Origin: Candidatus Dojkabacteria bacterium
Lineage (GTDB): Bacteria > Patescibacteriota > Dojkabacteria > SC72 > JAFGCJ01
DNA length: 64,000 nucleotides
Assembly: GCA_016932785.1 (NCBI GenBank)
Contig: JAFGCJ010000004.1
Span: forward strand, 5,447 to 69,446
Reading direction: 5' to 3'
Shown here: one piece after another, positions 45,201-54,616 of the stretch
Numbering within the stretch: position 1 is the first letter of the stretch
Layout of the letters: every line of letters begins with the position of its first letter
Notes under the pieces: generated by a model
What the model saw: the letters and a program-made list of their open reading frames with translations, nothing else
Databases searched by the model: none
What the model was told of the DNA's origin: nothing
Position numbers and translations under genes: made by a program

Positions 45201-45834
45201 TATCCTCTTCAGGAGATAGTTTATTTATATCGAAACTGTATCCACCTTCATCATTGGTAACACTTGATAGGAATGTCTTGTCATCCAAGGTGAGAAACAC
45301 CATCACGTTGCTCAGACCGTTGTATTTTTCATCGTAGATTGTTCCATAGACTCTGTCGGCTGTTGTTTTGGACTCTTCTGAAACAGGTTTCGTCTTGACG
45401 GTAATACTCGGAGAGAGTTGAGGAATAAAGGAAGGAATATACGGGTTTAGAACCTGGATTCTGTATTCTGAATCTGGGGTCAGGTCTTCGAATGTAACGT
45501 GGTGACTTGCTCTGGACTCTGAAACCTCATCGTCCCTGTCATCTGAGCTAACTGTGTATTTTGATTCTGAAGAGATCAGTTTGATTCTGGTCTCTGTCTG
45601 TTTTTCAGTTTTCCAAAACACAGAAAAACTATTTGAGTCTAGATTTGTCACTATTATTGCCTGTGTTTCAGATTCTCGGCTAGCCAGATATAGGAGAAGT
45701 CCCAATATGGTACCGATAGCTAACCCGACACCAAATATCTTTAGAGTAAAGACGAGACCATTTTTCAGTCGTTCCATACTTTTAGTATATACTTCAAAGG
45801 TTTTGTGATCAAATAGTTTGCTTGCATGGGGCAT
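42208..45834 (-). CDS. 1208-aa membrane-anchored multidomain surface enzyme: FN3-like, CarboxypepD_reg-like, clan GH-A glycoside hydrolase-like, CBM-like, plus an unrecognised C-terminal domain
   Basis: TM at aa ~27-52. HAGHNEPN places E507 at nt 44314-44316, and FLTETGK places E627 at nt 43954-43956. The 120-aa spacing fits the clan GH-A acid/base-nucleophile arrangement. The C-terminal 181 aa are homologous to the C-terminus of the 46772-48397 product. Confidence 0.8.
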   Translation of the reverse strand: MPHASKLFDHKTFEVYTKSMERLKNGLVFTLKIFGVGLAIGTILGLLLYLASRESETQAIIVTNLDSNSFSVFWKTEKQTETRIKLISSESKYTVSSDDRDDEVSESRASHHVTFEDLTPDSEYRIQVLNPYIPSFIPQLSPSITVKTKPVSEESKTTADRVYGTIYDEKYNGLSNVMVFLTLDDKTFLSSVTNDEGGYSFDINKLSPEEDIYIEKIYIEAEGYESMQYIAQSQLDQPVPSISLQPEEQIAEENSSKLSSYILADTSNSCYEDGVFGGVRVQCDTNVHWSEGINPNNCPDPSKFRLGLVAHYNHTYLYKPETVTLSLFDKETGEVILSNYPNGSYVSTALLGDRGLGKTYVVKAFNNGVECKNAGGEEVTITMAERTEVYKTVNIAAGRVSSQKCKKFGEHTASWIPIGFKDFKTISDANMRWAEVIAPDAQTHTLELVYYDTIRNADDAGISLILRIDNASNRKTYANNIIKLYDKLLENSTLPPNGLFIHAGHNEPNAAEYKDPNTEAKFISDVIKTIREEGYLSRNADDSGIKLIGPNLDLVNTDDVPGTKYSAKEYLNKMLGNSDFSGEAKNLYAMAVNHYMIGDKDISDDLKNFHNYLKDKGELPDKIFLTETGKINTEKSWDDFKNELDEIEDLDFVEVILIFDASGLNKDPDFNYHQDLWNDQKLRRELIDHCTMTSYQIPQEGSTDVEIENIQPSGNVDAPKDQPVPVSPSGSTVESSFNGSFDGEFRADGAPELNVPSGWHAWYDSCNGSCGNFVCDPAESDACRRPEYKKSTVGNRVISGGSLQLFTTYGTHNAGVYTTVQISGSGKRSVEFSVSGHGWSDGKDTVIKESFFGAVGIDPSGGVDPHSSSVKWSNLELLPNVDPEQSAQWKKLSISADTNSNKVTVFIRSNNQYPYRNSDSYWDNAELKVNGEKVSYIVNQDITASTGITADEEASVLGTSSIKVDDTGEYQVTSDEYHILSPYVSKFDDSNFEVRFYYDQNGNLTKDEGEEYLDDVEGIEISKVSEVVRYTLTKGKNFLSFPIYTEEISSASDLLSVIKEQGGYAVAVDSYFSGKWISYTTRENSTYGEDFDIQPARGYVVTMQKPVELTLRGSKYTKPVRIYMTEGWNLIGIHGSDKSYTASSFISAVNDDEEFKLNNVSAWNNSTQKYSGLQYEDSEHQEYGQDFPLDPSDGFFVRIAEGLGYFTP

Positions 45835-45961
45835 AATGGTGGTATGTTCTCTCTGAAGAATTTACATATTAAGGAATTATAGACGTCGAGTCTCGACAAC
45901 ATAACGGTCCACTACGTGACGATTTTTACTTTTATAAAGCCCTTTTTTCTGGTATCATCCC

Positions 45962-46624
45962 ATGACGATTATGTCCTCACAAAGAATATCTGCAGCAAAG
46001 AAGGGAATAATATTGTTTTCACTTGCAGCCGCCTCATTGGCGGTGGGTGGATGTTCACCTGCAAAGAGTTATGATTCTCCAGCCAGACCTACGGTAAAAC
46101 CGAGTGGTGAACTTGTTAATAGGGATATATTTGTGACAAGAGATAATGCTGCTCCAGTTTTTGAGAGTGTTCAATGGAGAAACTGGGTTGAAGTAACTCC
46201 TGGTGATTCTTTTCTTATACTTCCTGATCGCTCTCTTCAGCCATGGAAGGCTGAAGTTGGAGTTGTTAAGACAACTAATGTTGCATATGTGGATTTGTAT
46301 TATCCGGTTGAGAGTGTTGTCCATCATGATTCCTATGATGGAGGCTACAATTATAGTATAGACTGGCCTTCGGGGCCTTTTTTGAGGGCGGAGTTTTCGA
46401 TGGAACAGGCTCAAGGTGGAGGTTCGTTTAATGGAGGCTGTCTTAACTTTCAAAGTCTGGACGGTGGAGGACCTCCGAATTTTAATGTGCCATTAGGGTT
46501 TGAAGTAGATAACGGTGGGATTACATTTTACAGAGAAGGAGAATGTATTTCTGACAAGGTGAGTTCTGTTGAAGGTTTGGATACTATGGATGGTACCTGG
46601 ATGCTTGGGGCGTGGTCAAAGTAG
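45962..46624 (+). CDS. predicted lipoprotein, function unknown
   Basis: Signal peptide with a lipobox: LAAASLAVGG-C-SPAK. Confidence 0.7.
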   Translation: MTIMSSQRISAAKKGIILFSLAAASLAVGGCSPAKSYDSPARPTVKPSGELVNRDIFVTRDNAAPVFESVQWRNWVEVTPGDSFLILPDRSLQPWKAEVGVVKTTNVAYVDLYYPVESVVHHDSYDGGYNYSIDWPSGPFLRAEFSMEQAQGGGSFNGGCLNFQSLDGGGPPNFNVPLGFEVDNGGITFYREGECISDKVSSVEGLDTMDGTWMLGAWSK

Positions 46625-46771
46625 CTATTTCTCAAAGCTGACTCAGGAAGTACTCAGCAGTGCAAGCCAGATAGAAAAAATACTATAAGACTCCACGCGT
46701 AATTCTTCGATCAGTTCTGAGCGTATTAAAGGCTTTGTAAAAACTGTCTTTCCATTATATATTGTTAATAT

Positions 46772-48397
46772 ATGGATATTCGAAAAAGTAGCTCTAGGAT
46801 TGTGGTGATGGTATTCTGGATTTTTCTGGCTATTGCGGGGATTGTTATCACTGTTGCTGCGGTTACTAAGCAAGTTCTGGATACTAGAGGAAAGGCCGAG
46901 ACTACAATATCAACTATTGAGCCATGGAACTTTGTGGTAATAGGTGATACCCAGGCGGCAAAAGAATATATCTATTACGATACTTATTTCTCCAAGATTT
47001 TTGAGGCAAATCCTGAGATTCTTTTTCATGTTGGGGACTTCGACTGGAGTCTTCCTACAGAAAATCCTTTAAAAGGGATACTGAGTGTTCAGTACCGTCG
47101 ATTTGATGATTCTGATCCGGATAATGACTATCCTGTTGAGATTCATGTGGCTCCTGGTAATCATGATGACGGTTGTGGAAGCACTCTCTATCCACACTAC
47201 ATAAATGGAATATGCTATGGAAAGCATACCACGGATGCTGCAGGTAAATGTGAGCACTTGAGCTGGAGTAATCATCTGCCCTTCAATACAGAGGTCCAGA
47301 ATGTACAGGGATACTGTGATTTTGATAGCCAGGATCACCAGTATGTTTTTGAAAGAGGTGGTATCAGATTTATTATGCTTGAGAGACCATTCATCGATGG
47401 AGCTGAGGCTAAGAGAGCATGGTTTGAGGAACAGGTTTGCAAGAAGAATTCTGCCAGCATTTCAATTGCTTTTTTACATGAGAATGATTTCCATAACCTT
47501 AAGCTTCTTCTTGACGGTCTTCCGTGTGGTACTAATCATAATCTGAAGGCAGTTTTTATGGGGCATGGCCATAATTTTGAGTATGAGGAGTATAAAGGTG
47601 TCCATATGCTTGAAGTTTCAGGAATGGTGTATTGCAGCAGGAGGGAAGAGGGGACGGAATGTGAAGGCTGCGATGGATGCGATTTTATTAATGTTATGGT
47701 CAATAGCGATAAGATTTCTGTTGTGCGAACCCAATATGATCTTGGTAGTATAGACTATGAGAAAGAAATTTTCTCTGTAACTGGAAGCTTCTCTGAGTAT
47801 AACCATCCGGGATATGCTCAAGACGATTCCTCTGATGGTGATTCTGCGGCTGAGAAAAAAACATATTTATATGGACTTTCTTCTGGAATTCATCTGGTTT
47901 CTTTCCCGTTTGAGGCTGAAGACAGTAAAGTGTCGAAGCTGGCGTCGGTAATCTTTGATAGTCTCTCGACGAATAAGGACATTACAATTTCTTCTTTCGA
48001 GAGTGGGAGATGGGTTTCATATCGTGTTAAGAATGGTGAGGTTTACTCTGAGAAAGATTTTGATATTGAGCCTGGGAAGGGTTATCTTGTACGTCTGAAT
48101 GAGAAGGTTGATTTTAAATTGGAAGGTCGAGAGTTGAGTAGTTCTTCATATGTAGATCTAAATGAAGGTTGGAATCTGGTAGGCTTTTGGGGTGATGGTT
48201 ACAATTCAAAGAAAGTCCTTAGCAGATTGGAAGAGTTAGGGGTGGAATCGAAGATGGTTAGTACTTTTCAGGAAGGGCGATATAGGACTTTCATAGTCGA
48301 TGGAGGTAATGAATATGGGGAAGTATTTGTAATAGAAGGGAGTAAAGGTTATTTCGTGAATGTTGATAAGTCAGCAAAAGTGAAGTGGGATTGGTAA
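46772..48397 (+). CDS. membrane-anchored calcineurin-like metallophosphoesterase with the shared C-terminal domain
   Basis: N-terminal TM. Motifs VVIGDTQ, HVGDFDW, APGNHDD, FLHEN and MGHGHNFE. The C-terminal 179 aa (nt 47858-48394) align with the 1208-aa protein. Confidence 0.8.
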   Translation: MDIRKSSSRIVVMVFWIFLAIAGIVITVAAVTKQVLDTRGKAETTISTIEPWNFVVIGDTQAAKEYIYYDTYFSKIFEANPEILFHVGDFDWSLPTENPLKGILSVQYRRFDDSDPDNDYPVEIHVAPGNHDDGCGSTLYPHYINGICYGKHTTDAAGKCEHLSWSNHLPFNTEVQNVQGYCDFDSQDHQYVFERGGIRFIMLERPFIDGAEAKRAWFEEQVCKKNSASISIAFLHENDFHNLKLLLDGLPCGTNHNLKAVFMGHGHNFEYEEYKGVHMLEVSGMVYCSRREEGTECEGCDGCDFINVMVNSDKISVVRTQYDLGSIDYEKEIFSVTGSFSEYNHPGYAQDDSSDGDSAAEKKTYLYGLSSGIHLVSFPFEAEDSKVSKLASVIFDSLSTNKDITISSFESGRWVSYRVKNGEVYSEKDFDIEPGKGYLVRLNEKVDFKLEGRELSSSSYVDLNEGWNLVGFWGDGYNSKKVLSRLEELGVESKMVSTFQEGRYRTFIVDGGNEYGEVFVIEGSKGYFVNVDKSAKVKWDW

Positions 48398-48444
48398 GAG
48401 GCTAGGACAATTTCGTTTTTCATTGTGAATTCTGTAGAGCCTAC

Positions 48445-48474
48445 TTGACAAGACTAGGTAGTGTGTATTACTAT
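48445..48474 (+). promoter_or_regulatory. candidate sigma70-type promoter for the PadR operon
   Basis: TTGACA at 48445-48450, an 18-nt spacer, then TACTAT at 48469-48474. A strong SD (GGAGGAGGAG) precedes the ATG at 48504. Confidence 0.3.
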
Positions 48475-48503
48475 GTACTAAATAAACTTGGCAGGAGGAG
48501 GAG

Positions 48504-48821
48504 ATGTCATCTGAAACTCAGTTCAAAAAGGGAACGCTTGAGCTTTGTGTTTTGGCTCTAATTAATAAGAAGAAACGTTACGGTTATGACCTCGTTTGTT
48601 CACTCAGAGATTCGGGTCTTCTTGTAGCTGAGGGGACTCTTTATCCCATTCTATCAAGGTTGGGTAAGGAAGGTCTTGTAGAACATAGTTGGGTTGAGTC
48701 GAATCAAGGTCCGCCTCGTAAGTATTATGAAATTACTCCATCGGGTAGAAGACTATTGGAGAAAGAAAAGAAGGAATGGAGGAAGATTTCGAAAGGTGTG
48801 AATAAGATTGTTAATTCTTAA
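48504..48821 (+). CDS. PadR family transcriptional regulator
   Basis: KGTLELCVLALINKKKRYGYDL...GTLYPILSRLGKEGLVE...PRKYYEITPSG. Confidence 0.9.
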   Translation: MSSETQFKKGTLELCVLALINKKKRYGYDLVCSLRDSGLLVAEGTLYPILSRLGKEGLVEHSWVESNQGPPRKYYEITPSGRRLLEKEKKEWRKISKGVNKIVNS

Positions 48822-48855
48822 CAAAAATTTTTTAAATTATTATCGATTGAAAATA

Positions 48856-50796
48856 ATGGCAAAATCAAAGAAAGATTCTTCAAAAAAATCACAAAAGAAG
48901 TCTAAGACGGATCTGAAAGAAAGTCTTGACAGGTTTTTTTCAAATTTGGGAGGGAAAAAGTATAACCTTAAATCTTCTTTCGATTTTACTTCGAGTGCAG
49001 AGGAAACCCTCAATGAGTACTTTAAGTCTCTTGAAATTCTCAAGGATCGTGTTACGTCCAGTGAGTATGAGGAGATTGAGTCAAGTCTCAGAGAACATTT
49101 TTATGTTGTTCTTAGTGAGAAAGTTGCTGATTCTGAGAGAGTGACCAAAAACACAGTCGATGAAATAATTGAGCACTTGGGGGATCCTGAGGATATGGCC
49201 GAGTACTATGGGGGTGAGAAGAAGGTCAAGATGAGACGTGTGAATGTTTGGAAGAAGGTTCTTTGGGTGATGTGGCTCATGGTCAAATGGTTTGTTTTAT
49301 TTATCTTGTTTGTCGGGGTATATTTTCCTCTCGTAATAAGTGCTTTTTCAGTAGCGCTTTCTGGGATTGCAGTTCTTATGTTCTGGTGGGTTGATCCTGT
49401 AAGCTTTTGGGATGAGAGGGTTGTCGTTACAAGTACTCTTGGCTGGCTAACTCCGTTTCTTGCAATGGGACTTGTTTTCATGGGAACGGGGGTTGGTCTG
49501 TTGCTTATTAATATCATAACGAAGATTCACTGGAAAAAAGCTGTAGTGAAGGGCCTTTTCATTATTGCCTCATTGTTTTTTGGGGTCGTATTTACTTTGG
49601 GCCCTGTGGTTGCTTTTTTTGCAATGAATAGAGCTGAGGTAAGTGATGAAGAGAATTGGACGGTAGATGTTGAAGGTGATGAAAAGCTAGTTATCTCGGA
49701 AATATTTGGAAGTATTGAAGTAGTAGGTGACAAAGACTTGGAGGGACAAATTGAGGTGAATGTCGAGAGATATTCAGCTGGAAGGTCGAATAAGGATGCT
49801 GAGACTAATCTTGAGGATCTTGAATTTTCTGTCTTGAAGAAGGATGGGGAGATACTTGTAACAAGTTCTAAACGATATTCCATGAAGGAAATGTTCCACT
49901 TTGAAAAAATTGTTGCAACTTTGAGGGTTCCAGCCGATATGGAGGTCGTCTTTGATGATGATATTGATAGAACTGAATACATAGGGCTGGTTACGCTGTA
50001 TCACAATTCTCCAGTGGTGACCCTTAAGAGTTTGAGCTCTGATCTGAACATCGAGGTTCCATCTATTCGGCTAAGGCTTGAAGACATAGATAACCATAAA
50101 GTTCAGATCAAGCATAGCTATGGTAGTACAGATTTCAAGGATGTTAAAACAGACAGCATTGTATTTGAGAGTAATGCCGGCTCACTTGATATGCAGAATA
50201 TTGATGTAAATGGAGACTTGGAAATCAAAGATAGATTTGGGTCCGTGGATATGGAGGAAATTGAGGCTGATAATTGTTTACTTGATTTAAACTCCGGAAG
50301 TATAGATATGGAGAATATGTCCTGTGATGTAAAGATTGACTCGCAGTATGGATCTGTTGATATTGTAGATCTCAATGGTGATGCACAAATTGATGCGAGG
50401 AGTGGGAGTGTTGATCTGGAATCTATTCTTGGAAATGCCAGTGTCGTAGCAAGGTACGGATCTGTAGATGTTAATGGTATGAATGGAGATCTTGTTATAA
50501 ATGCGTCAAGTGGGTCAGTAGATGTTTATGATCTTATTGGGACTGTTGATATCAGATCAAGATATGGAAGTGTTGATATCGAATTTAAGGAGGTAAGAGC
50601 TGGAAGTGAGAATATGATCGAGTGCAATTCCGGTTCCATTGATCTTGCCATTCCTCGGGGTTCTCATCCGGACATTCGAGTGTCTGCGGACCGTGGTAGT
50701 GTAGACAACGAATTTTCGGGACGAGAAACAGATGATGAAAGCCCGGTGTTTACCATTGAGGCCGAATATGGAAGTGTTGATATAGTTGCAATTTAG
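48856..50796 (+). CDS. PadR-associated membrane protein: DUF1700/HAAS-like N-terminus, TM block and DUF4097 beta-helix repeats
   Basis: ATG at 48856. About 5 TM segments (aa ~150-270 of the track ORF). At least 10 repeats of about 19-20 aa each, containing (Y/S)GS(V/I)D. Confidence 0.8.
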   Translation: MAKSKKDSSKKSQKKSKTDLKESLDRFFSNLGGKKYNLKSSFDFTSSAEETLNEYFKSLEILKDRVTSSEYEEIESSLREHFYVVLSEKVADSERVTKNTVDEIIEHLGDPEDMAEYYGGEKKVKMRRVNVWKKVLWVMWLMVKWFVLFILFVGVYFPLVISAFSVALSGIAVLMFWWVDPVSFWDERVVVTSTLGWLTPFLAMGLVFMGTGVGLLLINIITKIHWKKAVVKGLFIIASLFFGVVFTLGPVVAFFAMNRAEVSDEENWTVDVEGDEKLVISEIFGSIEVVGDKDLEGQIEVNVERYSAGRSNKDAETNLEDLEFSVLKKDGEILVTSSKRYSMKEMFHFEKIVATLRVPADMEVVFDDDIDRTEYIGLVTLYHNSPVVTLKSLSSDLNIEVPSIRLRLEDIDNHKVQIKHSYGSTDFKDVKTDSIVFESNAGSLDMQNIDVNGDLEIKDRFGSVDMEEIEADNCLLDLNSGSIDMENMSCDVKIDSQYGSVDIVDLNGDAQIDARSGSVDLESILGNASVVARYGSVDVNGMNGDLVINASSGSVDVYDLIGTVDIRSRYGSVDIEFKEVRAGSENMIECNSGSIDLAIPRGSHPDIRVSADRGSVDNEFSGRETDDESPVFTIEAEYGSVDIVAI

Positions 50797-50861
50797 GCAT
50801 AAGCAGCATATAGAGTACTTTCATTAGGATTTTGCGGCCTTTGTCATGTATAATGACTTCC

Positions 50862-52217
50862 ATGGAGATATATGATTCGCTAAAACGGAGTAAAGTACAA
50901 TTTGAACCCATTAAAGAAGGGCACGTAGGGATGTATGTCTGTGGTCCGACTGTTTATGGTCCTAGTCATCTTGGGCATGCCAGTACCTATATTGCCTTTG
51001 ATATTATCCGGCGCGCTTTTGAATACCTTGGCTACAAGGTCAAGTTGGTTGTCAATATCACTGATGTTCATGACGATATGATAAAACAAGCAAATAAGGA
51101 AGGTATCACGATATTTGAACTAGCAGATAAAAATATTAAACAGTACATGGAAGATTTAGCTGAGCTGAATATTCTTCCCGCAGATGTCTTTCCGAGAGTG
51201 ACAGAGCATATTAAGGAGATAATTCAGATGGTCGAAAAACTTGTTGAAAATGGATACGCATATGAAACTGACGACGGTGTTTATTTCAATGTTGCGAAGT
51301 TTGAGGGTTATGGAAAACTATCTGGAATCAAGCTCGAAGAGGGGGAAACAGGAAAACGCGTAGAAACGGACAAATACGATAAAGAAGGTGTTGCGGATTT
51401 TGCACTATGGAAAAAGGCAAAACCTGGTGAACCGACGTGGCCTAGTCCTTGGGGAGAGGGTCGGCCCGGATGGCACATAGAATGTTCTGTTATGTCCAGT
51501 AAGTATCTAGGGATGCCGTTTGATATTCATGGGGGCGCATTGGATCTTCGGTTCCCGCATCATGAGAATGAGATTGCTCAATCTGAAGCTGCAACAGGTA
51601 AGGAATTTGTGAAATACTGGATGCACGCTGGTATTCTCAAAGTTGACGGACAAAAGATGTCAAAATCTCTGGGAAATTTCATTAACATTCCAGAGATTCT
51701 TGAAAAGTATGATCCAATGGTATTGAGATATTGGAGGGCAACTGTTCACTATAGAAGCGAGATCAACTATCAAGAGTCCACTATAGAGGCAGCGAAGGCT
51801 GCCTTGGGGAAACTTAGGGGTTATGTAGCTGGGTGGAGGGCTGCTGGAGGGGTGGGTAAGGTTGATTCGAAGTTTAGAAGTGAGTTTGTTAAGGCTCTGG
51901 AAGATGATTTTGGTCTTCCTGAGGCGGTGGCTGTTCTTTGGAAGGTTGTGAAATCGGGTAAAATGTCTGATGCTGATAAGTTAGCTACGGTACTGGATTT
52001 TGATAGAGTGCTAGGGCTTGGTCTTGCTGAGTTTAAGGGTGATGAGAAACAAGTAACAAAGGATACGAAGTTGAAGATTGATAAGCTTGTTAAGGAGCGT
52101 GATTTGGCAAGAAAGGACAAAGACTGGAATAGAGCTGATGAGATACGTGGTGAGCTCGATAAGATGGGAGTTATCATTGAAGATACTGACGATGGGTCGG
52201 TATGGTCACTCAAATAA
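50862..52217 (+). CDS. cysS: cysteine--tRNA ligase
   Basis: HLGH (HIGH) and KMSKS motifs, plus GWHIECS. Confidence 0.95.
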   Translation: MEIYDSLKRSKVQFEPIKEGHVGMYVCGPTVYGPSHLGHASTYIAFDIIRRAFEYLGYKVKLVVNITDVHDDMIKQANKEGITIFELADKNIKQYMEDLAELNILPADVFPRVTEHIKEIIQMVEKLVENGYAYETDDGVYFNVAKFEGYGKLSGIKLEEGETGKRVETDKYDKEGVADFALWKKAKPGEPTWPSPWGEGRPGWHIECSVMSSKYLGMPFDIHGGALDLRFPHHENEIAQSEAATGKEFVKYWMHAGILKVDGQKMSKSLGNFINIPEILEKYDPMVLRYWRATVHYRSEINYQESTIEAAKAALGKLRGYVAGWRAAGGVGKVDSKFRSEFVKALEDDFGLPEAVAVLWKVVKSGKMSDADKLATVLDFDRVLGLGLAEFKGDEKQVTKDTKLKIDKLVKERDLARKDKDWNRADEIRGELDKMGVIIEDTDDGSVWSLK

Positions 52218-52336
52218 TTCCATTTAGTGGGGTAGAAAGAATCCGAGAATTTCGTAAGTATGACTTTGCGTATTATTTCAATGTTTGATATATAATCCTG
52301 AATAGGCTTTTTGTTAAATTTAGCAGATATAAATCA

Positions 52337-52969
52337 ATGGAAGATAAAAGAGGCATTAAATCTCTTGTTATTACGCTTGTTGTATCAGGCTTACTTGGAA
52401 TGATGGCTGGGATTATTCTTGGGTTTGTAATCTGTAACTGGTCAAGGAACTCAGAGGAATCTGGGGAAAAGACAGAGGTTACCCGGACTACAGTGCTGGA
52501 AAAGCTTCAGGATCAGGCATTTCTTGTAACCAGGACCGTAATTGCCGATCAGGATGTAGAGATCAATGTTGATCAGGGTTCTGCTTGGTCAAATTTCTGG
52601 TGGGGACATGAGATTGTCGCTGCTTCAAAGATGCAGGTAGATATAGGGGTCGATCTTTTAGAGGTAGAAAAAGATGATATATCGGTAGATGAATCTAAAA
52701 AGGAAATAAAGATAGATCTTCCTAATGCAGAAATCTACAATACTAGTGTAGCAAGCAAAATTGAGATTGAGACAAAAAGCGGTGTTTTAAAAAAGATACT
52801 GGATAACGATAAGGAGGAGGATTTCAACCTGGCGCTTGATTCCTTATCTCAGGCAGCTGAGGATAGCGTGAGTGGAGACGTTAAACTAATGAATGATGCC
52901 GAGGATGCAGCTGTTAAGATTCTTCAGGCTATCTTTAAAGACACAGGTTATAAGGTAGTTGCAAAGTAG
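52337..52969 (+). CDS. DUF4230-like membrane-anchored protein
   Basis: Single N-terminal TM followed by a soluble domain. The family assignment is from memory only. Confidence 0.5.
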   Translation: MEDKRGIKSLVITLVVSGLLGMMAGIILGFVICNWSRNSEESGEKTEVTRTTVLEKLQDQAFLVTRTVIADQDVEINVDQGSAWSNFWWGHEIVAASKMQVDIGVDLLEVEKDDISVDESKKEIKIDLPNAEIYNTSVASKIEIETKSGVLKKILDNDKEEDFNLALDSLSQAAEDSVSGDVKLMNDAEDAAVKILQAIFKDTGYKVVAK

Positions 52970-53020
52970 CTATATCTCGAGAATCTTTGTAGGGTTTCTT
53001 TTCTGTGTTATTATTAATCC

Positions 53021-53923
53021 GTGCAGATTACTAAGGTTTTCCAATCAAAAAATCTGAGTAGAGATAAGATTCTCTTGAGAGAGGCCGTTAGTGGGATGAG
53101 AGTGTCTGAACCGTCCGGGTCTATGGCATGGCAGTTGCGATCAGAGGGATTAGTTGTTTCAGCGTATGAATCGGGGAAGATTGTTATTCAAGGTAAAAAC
53201 ACCGACGAAGTAGAAAAAATACTACAGAAGTTGGATGTGAGACAGGATACATCGGATGATAGTTTTACTTCTCATATCGGAGTAGATGAGGCGGGTAAGG
53301 GAGATTACTTTGGTCCGCTTGTAGTCTCTGCTGTATTAGTTGAATCTCAGGAACTTTCTCGGGAACTGGTGAATATGGGAGTACGCGATTCTAAGAAAGT
53401 GTCGGATTCTACCGCTATTGATCTGAGGTCGTCAATCCTTGAGACGTGCAAGTTTACTTCGACAGTCGTGATCTCTCCTAAAGAATACAATAAGAAGTAC
53501 AAGAATTATAGAAATGTAAATAAACTTCTTGCTTGGGGACATGCTCAATCAATAGAAAATATACTAGAGGACACTAAGTTGAAAGAGAGGCCTAGTAAGG
53601 TTGTTATTGACCAGTTCGCAAAGAGTGAGTCCAGGATTCTTGATGCCTTAATGACTAATGGCAAGAAACTCGAGATAGATCAGAGACATGGTGGAGAAGA
53701 GGATATCGCTGTAGCTGCAGCTTCAATTGTAGCCAGAGGTCGATTTCTTCTTGAGCTTGAGAAGATGAGAAGTAAATATGGTTTGAGTTTCCCAAAGGGT
53801 GCCAGTGATGTTGTTAGTTTTGGCAAGGAGTTCATTAAGAAGTATGGTATTAAGGAGCTAGATGATGTTGCCAAGATTTCTTTTAGAACTACACTAAAGA
53901 TTACGTCTACTTTTGATATATGA
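53021..53923 (+). CDS. rnhC: ribonuclease HIII
   Basis: GTG start. An N-terminal ~80-aa TBP-like region is followed by the RNase HII-fold motif GVDEAGKGDYFGPLVV. Confidence 0.85.
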   Translation: MQITKVFQSKNLSRDKILLREAVSGMRVSEPSGSMAWQLRSEGLVVSAYESGKIVIQGKNTDEVEKILQKLDVRQDTSDDSFTSHIGVDEAGKGDYFGPLVVSAVLVESQELSRELVNMGVRDSKKVSDSTAIDLRSSILETCKFTSTVVISPKEYNKKYKNYRNVNKLLAWGHAQSIENILEDTKLKERPSKVVIDQFAKSESRILDALMTNGKKLEIDQRHGGEEDIAVAAASIVARGRFLLELEKMRSKYGLSFPKGASDVVSFGKEFIKKYGIKELDDVAKISFRTTLKITSTFDI

Positions 53924-54557
53924 ATCCTTGTATTTTATAGTGAGACAAGAACCACAACAAAATTGTGTGATTATTCCTGGTCTTGGAGATAACAGCCGAA
54001 TTATGAGTTTGTCTTCAGCTCGATGGGAAAAAGAAGGAATAGCTTCCTATGTTCACCCTATTCAATGGTATGACAGAGATACTACTTTTGAGGAGAAACT
54101 TGATAATCTGTTGAATCTGGTTCGTGATCTTAGTAGGTCAGGACCTGTTTCACTTGCAGGTGTAAGTGCTGGAGCCAGTACAGCACTTAATGCTTTTTTA
54201 AGAGAGCCCGATCTCATTTCCTCTTGTATTTGTATTTGTGGTCCAGTGAGGTTTGGGGATGGAAAATTATGTGAACGTGAGAGAATGAAAAAACGGAGCC
54301 CTTTGTTTGCTCAGTCCGTTGAGATGTCAGAAGAAAATATTGGCAAGCTGCATAATGGTCTTGAATCTAGAATTTTGACTATTTTCCCTAAATTTGGTGA
54401 CGAGTTGATCCAGCGTCATACTGTTAAAATCAGTGGTGCAAAAAACATTGAAATACCGGTGATAGGACATAGAACAGGAGTGTTGTTCGCAATGACTTTA
54501 TGGAGTAAAGAGATACTTGGTTTTATTAAGAATCATGAGCCGATTGCGGAGATTTAG
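53913..54557 (+). CDS. alpha/beta hydrolase
   Basis: GVSAGAS nucleophile elbow (GxSxG). Overlaps the rnhC end by 11 nt. Confidence 0.6.
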   Translation: MIYESLYFIVRQEPQQNCVIIPGLGDNSRIMSLSSARWEKEGIASYVHPIQWYDRDTTFEEKLDNLLNLVRDLSRSGPVSLAGVSAGASTALNAFLREPDLISSCICICGPVRFGDGKLCERERMKKRSPLFAQSVEMSEENIGKLHNGLESRILTIFPKFGDELIQRHTVKISGAKNIEIPVIGHRTGVLFAMTLWSKEILGFIKNHEPIAEI

Positions 54558-54616
54558 TTGGAGCATTAAGGGTGGATGGTGTATAATGTTCATGCTTAAT
54601 TTTCTTTAGAAATAAT

